Assembly (NCBI GenBank): GCA_951406725.2
Contig: OX597817.1
Span: 15,004,001-15,068,000, forward strand
DNA from: Octopus vulgaris
Taxonomy: Eukaryota
Direction of reading: 5' to 3'
Length of the DNA: 64,000 nt
Part shown: positions 52,135-64,000 of the stretch, one piece after another
How the letters are laid out: each line of letters opens with the position of its first letter
Position numbering within the stretch: the stretch's first letter is position 1
Notes under the pieces: generated by a model
The model's database searches: none
What the model was told of the DNA's origin: nothing
What the model saw: only the letters and a program-made list of their open reading frames with translations
Translations under genes and position numbers: made by a program

Positions 52135-52864
52135 ATAGACTTGAAAATTCTTTACCTCCTCTGTAAAAAGAAAAGAAAGTGTTTTCTTCAAATGAATGCT
52201 TTTCAAATTTGATTGTATTACTAGTGCATTTGTATGGTACAAAATTCTTTCTAAAGATTACTGGTGCTTGATCAGAGTTGATGTGGAGTTTTAAAAAGAC
52301 AGGTGTTTGCTAACCTATTTAACCTACATGCTTAATATTTATAAGTGCTTGAAAGAGATAAAATATGCTTTTAGCTATTGCAGTCTTTCCTATTAAGTTT
52401 ATTGCAGCATTTTTAATAGTCAAGCTGGAATTTGTAATTAACAAAAGTCTTAGTAGAATCTTGCTAGATAAATTCAGGTTAGTACTACTATTTGAGTGGT
52501 GGGGTCTGAGGGGGCTCCTTCTAAATAATATTATTACGACCATTTCTCCTGGAATTGTATTCCCTTCTGACCTTGTGACCTCCCTTCGAAAAATTCCTGG
52601 GACCACACCTGTGAAAGATAATAAAATAGTTACTAAACAGATATGTTTCAACCCTTAGTTTTCTGAGCTGAAAATAGGGACCATTATTTCTTCATTGAGA
52701 GTGGCATCAGCTATGGCTATACATTCATGGAGAAATATAATTTTGCTTAAAAAGTCATACCAACAAAGACAATATGTATGAAAATGTTAGAAAGTATAAA
52801 CAATTAGTGTACAAGAAATTGGCATATTTTGCTGAAACATACTACATCTCAATATATATATATA

Positions 52865-53284
52865 TTACTCTTTTACTCTACTCTTTTACTTGTTTCAGTC
52901 ATTCGACTGTGGCCATGCTGGAGCACCACCTTTAGTCGAGCAAATCGACCCCGGGACTTATTCTTTGTAAGCCCAGTACTTATTCTATCGGTCTCTTTTG
53001 CCGAACCGCTAAGTGACGGGGACGTAAACACACCAGCATCGGTTGTCAAGCAATGCTAGAGGGACAAACACAGAAACACAAACACACACATACATATATA
53101 TAATTATATATACATATATACGACAGGCTTCTTTCAGTTTCCGTCTACCAAATCCACTCACAAGGCATTGGTCGGCCCAAGGCTATAGCAGAAGACACTT
53201 GCCCAAGATGCCACGCAGTGGGACTGAACCTGGAACCATGTGGTTGGTAAGCAAGCTACTTACCACACAGCCACTCCTGCGCCT
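52865..53284 (-). mobile_element. SINE family B
   Basis: Full-length reverse-complement copy. Confidence 0.85.
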
Positions 53285-53545
53285 ATATATATATATAGTG
53301 TGTGTATGTGTGTGTAAATTTAGTATACCTTATATGTTTGCAAAATAATGGTGCAATGTATAAAACAAATGAGTGCCAATGATGAAATTAATGTCATAAT
53401 TAAGGATTATAATGAATGAAAAAAGTCTCCATCCATTATCTTTGTACAGATGTTGACATGCATGACTTTAGTTTACATATATTTAGTGCTGCTTAAAGAT
53501 TACATATTTTATTTTTGATAACATTTTTGTAATATTTCTTTGAAG

Positions 53546-53636
53546 AATATTCGTGGAGGCTTGAGTGCCCTGGATACACCTGTCGTATCTGTAGCCACAC
53601 CTGGAAGTACAATGACTAATCCGTCCCAGTTAGCAG
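53546..53636 (+). CDS. MEF2: MEF2 coding exon 6 (transactivation domain TP sites)
   Basis: NIRGGLSALDTPVVSVATPGSTMTNPSQLA, compare vertebrate LATPVVSVATP; TTTGAAG acceptor and G|GTAATT donor; phase 0-1. Confidence 0.92.
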
Positions 53637-54797
53637 GTAATTAGAACCTTTCATTCTTTAACGCTGAATTCTTTATGTGGTTATGCTAATCTCTTTTTTT
53701 TTTTTTTAAACTGTATCAATTTCATTAAACATATCTGCATTTCATTGTTGGGAATGTGTAAACAGTGAAAAGAAATTGAGCGAGCATGCGTTAATGGATG
53801 TGTAATGTTAGTGTTCATAAATAACAGAGCTTGTGGCCAGAGAGAAACACTGGGTATAAATGGAATCAACTGTGTGCAAGAGAGGGCATGTGATGTGTCT
53901 GTAAGGGGGATGACATACACTCAAAGAAGTTCTAAGCACTCCAAGTAGAAAGAACCTGCAGAAGAAGGAGGCTAAACCTTGTATTGGAGATGAGTGACTG
54001 ATAAGTGTAGATGACCTGTCCAACCCATGCAAGCATGAAGAAAACAAACATAAAAAATGATGATGACTCTTGGTTTAAATGAAATTTTTGGTCTTGTATT
54101 TATTAAATATTTATCCCTTTTTTATAAATATTAGGAAAAATATGTAATTAAAAATCATCATCATCATCGTTTAACGTCCGTTTTCCGCGCTAGCATGGGT
54201 TGGACGGTTCAACCGGGGTCTGGGAAGCCAGGAGCTGCACCAGGCTCCAGTCTGATCTGGCAGAGTTTCTACAGCTGGATGCCCTTCCTAACGCCAACCA
54301 CTCCACAAGTGTAGTGGGTGCTTTTTACGTGCCACCTGCACAGGTGCCAGGGGGGTCTGGCATCGACCACGATCGGTTGGTGCTTTTAACGTGCCACCGG
54401 CACGGAAGCCAGCCAAGGCGGCGCTGGCTACGGCCACGTTCGGATGGCGCTTTTTATGTGCCACCGGCACATGTATCACAACTACTATTTCCAAACTTTT
54501 GTAAAAGTTAAGTTATAGGGTTATCATCATCATCATCATCTCCCTATTTCTGTGCTGGAATAGGTTGGATGGGATTTTTGAGGTAGTATTTAATGGCTAG
54601 GTGCTCTTCCCAACTCCAAACCTTTTAATTGTATCTTACAGTGTACAAAGATACAGTGTATCAATACTAAAAACAGTTATGGGTATGATTTATTTAATTT
54701 TTTACCATTATGAATTCTATCATATATGATAAAGTAGAATGTGGTGAACTGTTTCCAAATAATCATTTACTTTTATATTTTTTTTTAAATATTTTAG

Positions 54798-54912
54798 ATG
54801 ATGCCCAGTTCAGTGCAGACTTAGCTGGTTTCATAGGTAGCAACAAAACGTTTCTAACCCAATGGGCGACTCAAGGTTCAGCTCATGGTCCAAGTCTACA
54901 ACTATCTGCCAG
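54798..54912 (+). CDS. MEF2: MEF2 coding exon 7
   Basis: DDAQFSADLAGFIGSNKTFLTQWATQ.., compare vertebrate SADL...GF...W; TTTTAG acceptor and AG|GTAAAA donor; phase 1-2. Confidence 0.85.
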
Positions 54913-55855
54913 GTAAAAATGTTTTTCAAATTTTTCTTGTCTATATAGTAAAATGAATCTTCATCATCATCATCTTCAGAATTTTTTTTTTATTATTCAG
55001 TCAACACATATATTTGTTTGTTTATGTCAAGTGTAGTTGAAAATACATGTGGCTGTGTGGTAAGTAACTTGCTTACGAACCACATGGTTCCGGGTTCAGT
55101 CCCACTGCGTGGCACCTTGGGCAAGTGTCTTCTACTATAGCCTCGGGCCGACCAAAGCCTTGTGAGTGGATTTCGGAGACGGAAACTGAAAGAAGCTCGT
55201 CGTATATATGTTTGTGTGTCTGTGTTTGTCCCCCCAACATCGCTTGACAACCGATGCTGGTGTGTTTACGTCCCCGTAACTTAGCGGTTCAGCAAAAAGA
55301 TACCGATAAAATAAGTACTGAGCTTACAAAGAATAAGTCCTGGGGTCGATTTGATCGACTAAATGCGGTGCTCCAGCATGGCCACAGTCACATGACTGAA
55401 ACAAGTAAAAGAGAAAGAGAATACCACTTACATTTTATTGCTATGTGCTGGCTGTCACTGCCTCTAACACTACTTAAAAGAAAGGACCTCTTTCAATTCT
55501 TACCAGTCTCTCTTATGCTTCACTTACAGCTTCTCTTTAGTTATGATTTTCTTTTTCTTTCTGCATTGTTCTCGGGTGTAAGTTTTCCCCTTCTTTTTGT
55601 ACCTTGGATTATTCGATTTTACTCAAGGTCAAACTGTCTACTCTTTATTATTTCTTCATCTCTCACACCATTTGACTCCCAAGAGTCTTCAGAATACTAT
55701 GTTTTGCTGAGCACTTAATGTAAGGAGATTAATCCAATAATGTAAATCACTTATCCAATTATTTATGTAATTTTTCTGGTATAATACCATGTAACCTAAA
55801 TTAAGTAAATATATGTGAAAATATTTCCTTTTTATTTAAAAAAAAATATGTCAAT

Positions 55856-56270
55856 AGGTGCAGGAGTGGCTGTGTGGTAAGTACCTTGCTAACCAACCAC
55901 ATGGTTCCGGGTTCAGTCCCACTGCGTGGCACCTTGGGCAAGTGTCTTCTACTATAGCCTTGGGCCGACCAAAGCCTTGTGAGTGGATTTGGTTGACGGG
56001 AAACTGAAAGAAGCCCATCGTATATATATATATATATATGTATGCGTGTGTGTTTGTGTGTCTGTGTTTGTCCCCTAGCATTGCTTGACAACCAATGCTG
56101 GTGTGTTTATGTCCCCGTCACTTAGCGGTTCGGCAAAAGAGACCGATAGAATAAGTACTGGGCTTACGAAAGAATAGGTCCCGGGGTCGATTTGCTCGAT
56201 TAAAAGGCGGTGCTCCAGCATGGCCGCAGTCAAATGACTGAAACAAGTAAAAAAAAAAAAAAAAAAAGAG
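55856..56270 (+). mobile_element. SINE family B with a 46-bp flanking duplication (another plus copy at about 55048-55420)
   Basis: Full-length copy; identical 46-mers at 55810-55855 and 56271-56316. Confidence 0.88.
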
Positions 56271-56412
56271 TATATGTGAAAATATTTCCTTTTTATTTAA
56301 AAAAAAATATGTCAATGCCTCGTAGGAATTAGTCTTTCGCTTAAAGATGTATTTTATAGACTTTTTATTTTTAATCATTACTAATGTAATGTTTTTTTTT
56401 TTCTTTTTAAAG

Positions 56413-56650
56413 CTCAATTCATACAACGGAAAGTGGAAAAATCAAAAGTGAACCAGTCACACCACCTCGAGATTCAACATCCCCAAATATATCCACTCAT
56501 CGCTTACAAACAGTTGTTCCACATCTGTCTCCAAATCATCACAATCCATCTCCCTCATTACATCCCGTCCTCCATCACCCTATCAATGTCACAGATCACG
56601 ACGATCAACCATCAGCTGAAAAAAAGCCTAGGGTAACAACCGGGGATTGA
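56413..56650 (+). CDS. MEF2: MEF2 coding exon 8 (terminal; SUMO motif and NLS)
   Basis: ..GKIKSEPVTPPRD...EKKPRVTTGD*; poly-T..TAAAG acceptor, phase 2; TGA at 56648-56650. Confidence 0.92.
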
Positions 56651-59600
56651 TAAACAAGATCATTAGTCCATAAATCCATTTTCATGTAATCCTTGATCTG
56701 TCAAACTAATGTTTATATTATTACATTTGCTACCTTGCCAGTAGGCAGGTTGACTGAGTCATATCCCCAGAGTTTGCTCTGCTTGGTGAGTATCATCTGT
56801 TCTACAAAGATAAAAAAAAAAAAATATATATTAAAGAGTTGGTCTCTAGGTTGCCTTCAGAATTGTCAGAACAAATTCATCCTGGAGTGCCCAGAATTAC
56901 GAATGTGCTCACTAGCATTGAAACTGTCAAATTTAAAGAAATGACCCAGTCACTGTTGAGTTGTATGTTTTAGCATGCAATTTTTATCTTTTAATTTCAT
57001 TGGGTGAGAGTATTATTTAATAATTACAAAAAAAAAAAAAAAAAAAAATTAATAAAAAAAAAAAATAGAACATTTATAGTTTATCAGACAAATCATCTTT
57101 TATAAACATAAAACGTGTGTATATCTGTGTGTGTATGTGCATCCGTATATACATACATTAGTGTACACACACACACATACAATCCTCCATTCACATACAT
57201 ATACACACCCACAGATAAACATGTCAGGGAGATTGCATACTTTAGCATCGTTTTCTTACATGCACGTTTGTAAAATATTGTTTGTGTGCATGTAAAACGT
57301 ATGAATGAACAATTATTGTGCGCCTGTGTTCTCAACTAATTCAGTGTGATATTGCTGTTATCAAGTAGATCTAATCACTTGATTTACATATTTATATTGT
57401 TGGAAATATTTCATATTTGAGATATAGTTGCTGGTTTTTTCTACACTCAACGGTAATAGCAACTAATATTATTGAGATCATTAGATTATAGATTAACTTC
57501 AAACTGCTACGTAGGAAAAGAAATTAAATTATTAAGCAGCCAACAGTTTTCTTTTAAACGTTTTTTGTGGAATCAAATACTAAGATTTTTAAGCGTTACA
57601 TAGATATCTATAACTTGAACCTTAGGAAGGCTTGCCATAGATTGAAATCAATGTGTATAAATTTGTAAACGTAATTTATCTTGTTTCATTGTTAATTGCC
57701 ATATGGTTGTACCATACCAGACCAAATATATATATATATACATATATATTTTTATGTAATTTTTTATAGAAAATGTACATGCTTAATCTAATTAATGTCA
57801 TGCAAAATACCAACAATGAAAATTTAGCTCCAACAATAATTAATTAATTGGTTATAAAATCAATTTTATATTTTTTGTATATTTATCATGTACGCTTTTT
57901 CAAGTATTTATTTTTAATTGTTGCCTCTTGTTCCTGGCAGAAAAAGTTCTAAAAAAAAAAAACCATGGAATATTTATAAACATTTTGTAGTAGTTATATC
58001 AGCAAGAGATACATATTGATATTGTTTTCTAGAAATATTGCTGCTTTCCACAGTTTTCAAAATACATTTAAAACATTGTACGAATGTTTTATCTGTTAAT
58101 TCATTGGCAATAGAGTAGGTTGTTATCATGACAAGCTCTTTCGTAGTTTTCATGTCGATACATCTATTTCATCATAAAGGCTTGTGATGATCTTCTAAAG
58201 GTAAATTTTACACAAAAAAGATTAAATTTACTATTCATTAGATGATTCTTCCTCCTCAATTTGTTTCACTCTCACTCTCTCAAATATAGAATTGTTTTCC
58301 AGCTGTAATAGATATTTTACAACAAAAATTTGAAATCAATTTTACAACTAGTGTCATTTAGATTTTTAGTGTTTGAACTAATAAAATTTGCTGAAGTTGA
58401 TTGGCAGCATTGGTTCTCTAGATTTAACATCTATTAGTTAACCTGTTCGTTAACAATGAAAATGGTAATTTATGAAAATATCTTTTGGAATGTAACAAAA
58501 TGATCAAAAAATTAGTCCGCTGTGTTCAGCTAATAAATATACATAATATTACTCAGCGCTATTAGTAAAAATCAGTAGTTAGTAAAATAAGTTGCTTGCT
58601 ATTGATAAATCAATGCACATAGGTGACTGAAAGAGACTGTGATGAGCTTTTTATCCACTCCTGTGGTCTATGTTCTTTATAAAAAAAAAAATATTCAACA
58701 TAATCTCTAAGTTAATAGCAAAATGTGAACATATCTTGATCTGTTATTTTCATCCTGTTTTTACATATTCAAAAGACACGAACATTTGTCTGATTAAAAA
58801 TTGTTTGATGAAATAGTGAAAGAAGAATTTTCTATAATGGATCAAGATTTTTATACTGACAGGCCATTCCCTTTCAAATTTACTCCATTTCGCAAATGAT
58901 TTATTTTCTAAAGATATTACACACGGATTTGTTTTTTAATGTAAATATTTCTGTAACCGAATAGGTACTAACCATTGATTTATCTCTTTCATTTGAACTT
59001 TTAACAGACATCACTTCTTTTGTTAACAGATTTATTTATTTATCTCTGCATATTATTGACACATTAATTCGTTAATGTCAAAAGGCTAAATTATTTCTGA
59101 TGGGACTTCATGATTCTGAGTTTGATTTCCATGTATTGTCCTCTGAAAGATATTTAGTTAGTTAAATAATTTTTTGTAATGTTTAATGCATGGTTAATGT
59201 TGAATGCTTGAATGTGCTTACAATTTATATTCATCTTCCTTAAAGTTTTTTTAGTTTATCAGTTTATTTTTTACAATATATTTTTTCTTAATGTTATTAT
59301 TTTATAAAATTTATTTGAATAATTATAGCTTATGATTTTTGTTTTTTCAAAAAATCAGTTCTGTAAAAATTTTATTTTGTATTCAATTGCCTTCTTAAAA
59401 AGTAATTAAATCATTTAGAGCTTAAAGATTTGATTATATTTTATATTTAATTACATTTTATTCAAGTCAAGCTTGTAAGTAACACTAACATAAATATTAA
59501 CGGTATCAAGTAAATAAAATACTATAACAATCTCTACGAAAATACCTGTAATTTTAGGAATTAATTTGGAAATTTGAAAACCAATCCTTCTGTACACTTT

Positions 59601-62600
59601 ACTCAGTTGAAGTTCAGTGGTTAAATATAAAATTACTGCTTGAATACTGCTGCTAATCAGGTGTAAAGGGACATGACTTGCATTAGTCATAAAAATTTCT
59701 ATTCGAGTTCTATTCACATATTATAGAACAAAATTACTCAGAAGTTTAGAACTATTCACCGTCATCTTTGTGTGGAAGTGCATGTGCATAGTTGTTTTTT
59801 CTCTCAAATTCTCAAATGTTGCAAAACATTAATGAAGTAAGCTCAGAAATCATTTGTTGTTTTATATAAAAATGAATTATGTTTTAATATTTTAAAAACT
59901 ATGTTTTTTACAATGGTTGTATTTGTATTTAAACAAAGTAGGACAGTGGATGGCAGAATTGTTAGTGTCAAAGAAAATACTTTGCAGTATTTAGTCACAG
60001 CCCTTTATGTTCTGAGTGCAAATCCTGCCGTGATTAACTTTGCCTTTCATCCTTCCGGGCTCAATAAAACGAGTACCAGTCATGTACTGGTATTTATATA
60101 ATCGATTGTTCTCTTCTCCAGAAGTTTCTGGCTTTGTGCCATGTTAGAACTAATTCTCATTTAAACAAAGTAGAATACAAAATAATACCTTGATAATTAT
60201 GGGGGGGTCATGTTCCTCTTTCTCCTCTTTCAAAAATATTGAAGTTTTCTTAATCAATAGAAATGATTCATTATTACTATTATCCTTTCTTAGTTTTAAC
60301 ATTTATACTAGAGAGTGTTTGTATGAAGCAGTGAATTACAATTCATAATATTGTCTTTAATGCATTTTATGCTGTTTTAATTTGACACTTACACTAGATC
60401 TCTAATATTCTAGCCATTTCTAAGTAGTTTTGAGATATTCCATTCTAATTTTTATCTTGATTAACTGTTTGTCTAACCTAGTACATAATACTGTTCCTAA
60501 CACTACTGGTATTACATCTATTTCAGCAATTATATAGCTGCTATCTCAGACTTGAGGCGTTAGTACTTAATTTTTTTGGTATTTTTTTTTTCCTTTTCGC
60601 TCTGTTACTCCCAGGAATTACAATGTTGATTCTCTTGTCTATGCTAGCATCATCTGGTTGCTTTACTCTCTAACATTTTGGTTTTATTGAATGTTGATAT
60701 CAAAGAATTTATACACTTTTAGACTAATTTATACATGATGGCTGGAGGGCCTCTGTTTCTTCTTTCAAAGTTCTTTTCTACACAGTATTCATGCCAATAT
60801 CAATTTTGCCTTCCATCATTCAGATGATATAATCAATTGTTCCCTCAACCAGCAAAAAATAAATTTCTGCTGAATAAGAATTGTTACTATTATTATTATT
60901 GAATTAGCAATCATAAGAACACCAGACAAAATGCTTTGCAGTATTTGTTTGAGTTCCATCTTCTGAGGTCAATTTTGCCTTAAATCCTTCCAGTGTCAGT
61001 AAAATAAATACCAGTCAGGTAATGATGGGGTCAATATAGTCTACTACTCCAACTACTTCAAAGTTTCTGCTTTGTGCCTGTTTAAGAAAAAATTAGTGGA
61101 GCACAGGATTAAGTACTTTATGATATTTAGATTAATTCTTCAAAATCTTGCCTAATTTAGCTTTGCCTTTCATTCTTCCAGATTCATAAAATATACAAAT
61201 GGAATTGACCATGCTCTTCTTTTGGACATAAGCCTTGTACCTCAATAAAAAAAATATCTCTCTTTTAAAATTTTGATTCAACTTTAGTGCATGCAGTGTT
61301 GTTTTCTCTAAGTGTGCTAGATGTGTTGTTTGTAGAGATTCTTCCATAGTGTGTACTATGCTTAGTTTCATCATTTCTTTTTTTAGAATGCTTATATGAC
61401 ATTTGGAACCTTGTTTTTACTTATATTTAATTTTACTAATTCTTAATACTCTTATTTTCATGAGTTTAATTTCTATTTATAATCCCATACGCATCTATTT
61501 TACATCTACTTCTAGGTTCTATCTTGAGTCTCTCAACTCCAAATTTTGTCAGGGGAGCTGGATATATTGATCAAAAGACATGCTTTCTAAATTCAGTCTT
61601 AAATGATATTGGCTGTTTGTGTTAATTTTCATACTAGTTTTCTTGGACTTAAATCAGTGTATTGTTACGAATAGCAGTTTTTACTAAATGTCTACATATT
61701 TTCTAACCTGTTTTGATATCCAGTCAACATCTGTGGCTAAGATTGGACAGCTTGACACAAATGTGGTCAATTGTTTTCTGGTACCCACCCACTGCACCAT
61801 CAGTAATCAAACGATGGAAAGTGAAGTAAATTGTTATTTTTATACATAGAATTTGATTAAAGCATAGGTATAATAGAATCACTTGAATTTGACTTTGAAA
61901 TACTTCAAATGAAATACATACTGTGGGATACATTGATACTAATTAATGTTATCATCTGATAGAGAACTTGATACAGATAGTTAATTTTTTTTTTTTAATT
62001 TATAAGAAAAATTTACTGTCACAAGTTGTCTTGGGGTGGCTTATTCAAATATGCCTCTCCATGGTATGAAACTTGTCACTGTTTTTTTTAAATTATATAT
62101 TAATTTTCATTTTTTATGTCAAGTTATACAAAAACAGTTTAACGTTAAACTGAAGGCTTACTCAGTACAGTTTAGTAGATTCAGGTTTATTGATTTTTCA
62201 CAAGGAAAAGGTTGGTAGTAATTTCAATGTTTCAGCTTGCCCACTGTAATCTAGGTAAGCAAACTAAAACTTTGAAGTTACTGTCAACCTTTTCCTTGTA
62301 AAAATTATATGTACACAGACACACACCACACTCACACATGGTTATAGTTTCAAGGTGTTTATTTTTAAGAGAAGTTAGAAAATTCAAGTAAAAGAAAAGT
62401 GAAACAGTCCAACTGTAACTGAAATATAATTTCCTTATCTAGAGCAATGTTTTATCTCTTTACTTTTCAAGACTATATATATTTTGCTTTTGTTTATCTC
62501 AGATATTCTACATAATTTTATAAATATCAAAGCATGTCAGTCTTTGTGGTTTTCCTGAGGGATTGTTTCAGCCTTCTTCATGGTTTTGTTATTCCTAATT

Positions 62601-63965
62601 TTATGCCCCATATTTTCCATCTTTGGTAATTATATCAACTTTTAAACTCTTTCGCTGCTATTATTTGATCAAAATGGTTATTATTTTATTGATATTACGA
62701 TAAAGGGAAATCTTTCAAGAGAGATCAACATCAATTTTAATTCCTTTATAAATCAAAGCCAAGTATTATTGAGGTAGTAAGAGTCTTTCGTTCCCATCTT
62801 AGTATCCTTTTAAGAAGATGGTTTAAGTTATTAGGTTATAAAGTTATGGAAATAAAAAGAACTACTTATATGAAATTCTGATATATGCTGATCTCTTCTG
62901 ACATTATGGTGTTCATCTTATTAAAATAAGAATGAATAATGTTTAAAATGTGTACCATTATATATTCTGATCTCAGCATTATTTCATAAATGATGTTTTC
63001 TTTCAGTCTGAATATTTTCAGTTTAAGATATTGTTTGCAATATTATATTTGGTATATTTTAAGGGTTGCTCTGTGTGCGTGTATGTGTGTGTGCATTTTT
63101 GATTGAGGATACAATTTAGTTTTCAAATTAATTGGTTGGCATTAGTGAATGTACATTACATCTTTACAATCCTGTTAGTAACTTAATTGTTAAATTAGTC
63201 TGTTGACTAATTTTGAAATCATAAACAAGTTAACTCAGATACATACCGTTTTGCGTCTTGTAAGAATGGGAATTAAAATTTTTCTTTTCATGTAGTAAAT
63301 TTGAATTTGAGACTGTTTTAACCTTGTAAATTTATGTTGGTTGTATTCTTCATCGCCATAAAAAAAAAAGAAAAAAAAAAGATATCTATATATATGTTTG
63401 AGCCTGACAGTATATTCTCTTACATTATTCTAAAGACCGTTTGTTCATTGTACTTACTAATTGGTAAAGAAAAGTTCATCACGATTTTTGTCAGCTACAA
63501 TTTTGAAATTTAAATTAAGATTCTAAAATAAATGCAGTCATGAATATCGGTGAATTTGTAATTCCTTTAATAAATGAGATAATACCTTAGAAAGTTGTAG
63601 TTAGTTTTTGTCGGCTAAATCACTATAGAAAATCCATGTAAATAGTTAGTCATTGGGCACTTTTCAAAGCATTTTGAAATAAACCAGTTAACTGTTGTTG
63701 TTGTATCAAAAAGCTCTCTATAGTTTAGATTTAAAACCTATGTTTACTCATTTTTTTTCCAGATGCAATAATAGTATTGTATTAGCTCTAAAATTAGTAG
63801 TCCAATATTTAGCATTGTCTAAACCTCGAGATATAATTATGGGTTTTCATGTAACTATTAAATAATTTTCTAATTAAAAACTAAAATTCTATTTCACACA
63901 GCTTCTGCTACTGACTCTCTGTTGATGAAAAGCAAGTAGATCGCATTCAAATAAAGTTAGTTTGA
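56651..63965 (+). other. Candidate long 3' UTR of MEF2
   Basis: About 7.3 kb, AT-rich, with no young repeats (only decayed SINE traces near 59940-60150 and 60900-61180); AATAAA at 63950-63955, plus earlier ones. Confidence 0.4.
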
Positions 63966-64000
63966 AAAAAAAAAAAATTTAAAAAACGAAAAAGAATTGA

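Noticed and set aside
51879-53545. Acidic beta micro-exon
   Set aside because: No convincing AG..GT-bounded acidic micro-exon seen; it cannot be excluded without RNA data.
56433-56636. Listed 67-aa ORF as the terminal exon frame
   Set aside because: Wrong frame; the phase-compatible frame encodes IKSEP and KKPR.
58865-58870. miR-1 seed match CATTCC
   Set aside because: A 6-mer only, expected by chance in 7 kb.

Overview
AT-rich animal genomic DNA; the SINE/MITE repertoire suggests an octopus or other coleoid cephalopod (inference). The only host protein-coding gene I can support is a plus-strand MEF2 (MADS-box) transcription factor. It has 8 coding exons with GT-AG boundaries and compatible phases (40884-56650; 1320 nt, 439 aa), a probable non-coding first exon and promoter zone at about 27.8-29.6 kb, and a repeat-poor downstream region of about 7 kb that may be a long 3' UTR. 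The rest is mobile DNA: tRNA-headed SINEs, a (GAT)n-tailed repeat, TTAA-flanked piggyBac-type MITEs, non-autonomous Helitrons, mariner relics, RTE, CR1/L2 and R4/Dong-type LINE fragments, and minisatellites. Most notable: (1) a divergent MEF2-domain segment (DTVVSQTN where EPHESRTN is normal); (2) SINE multimers joined by one fixed palindromic junction at independent loci; (3) a repeated H-type pseudoknot module in the (GAT)n-tailed repeat; (4) a 41-bp satellite formed from the last codons of a LINE ORF that mimics a hammerhead core; (5) inverted repeat pairs bracketing MEF2 exons. No prokaryotic system or CRISPR array is present. Repeat family labels A-E and MITE 1-2 are my own. All calls were made by eye, without database searches.
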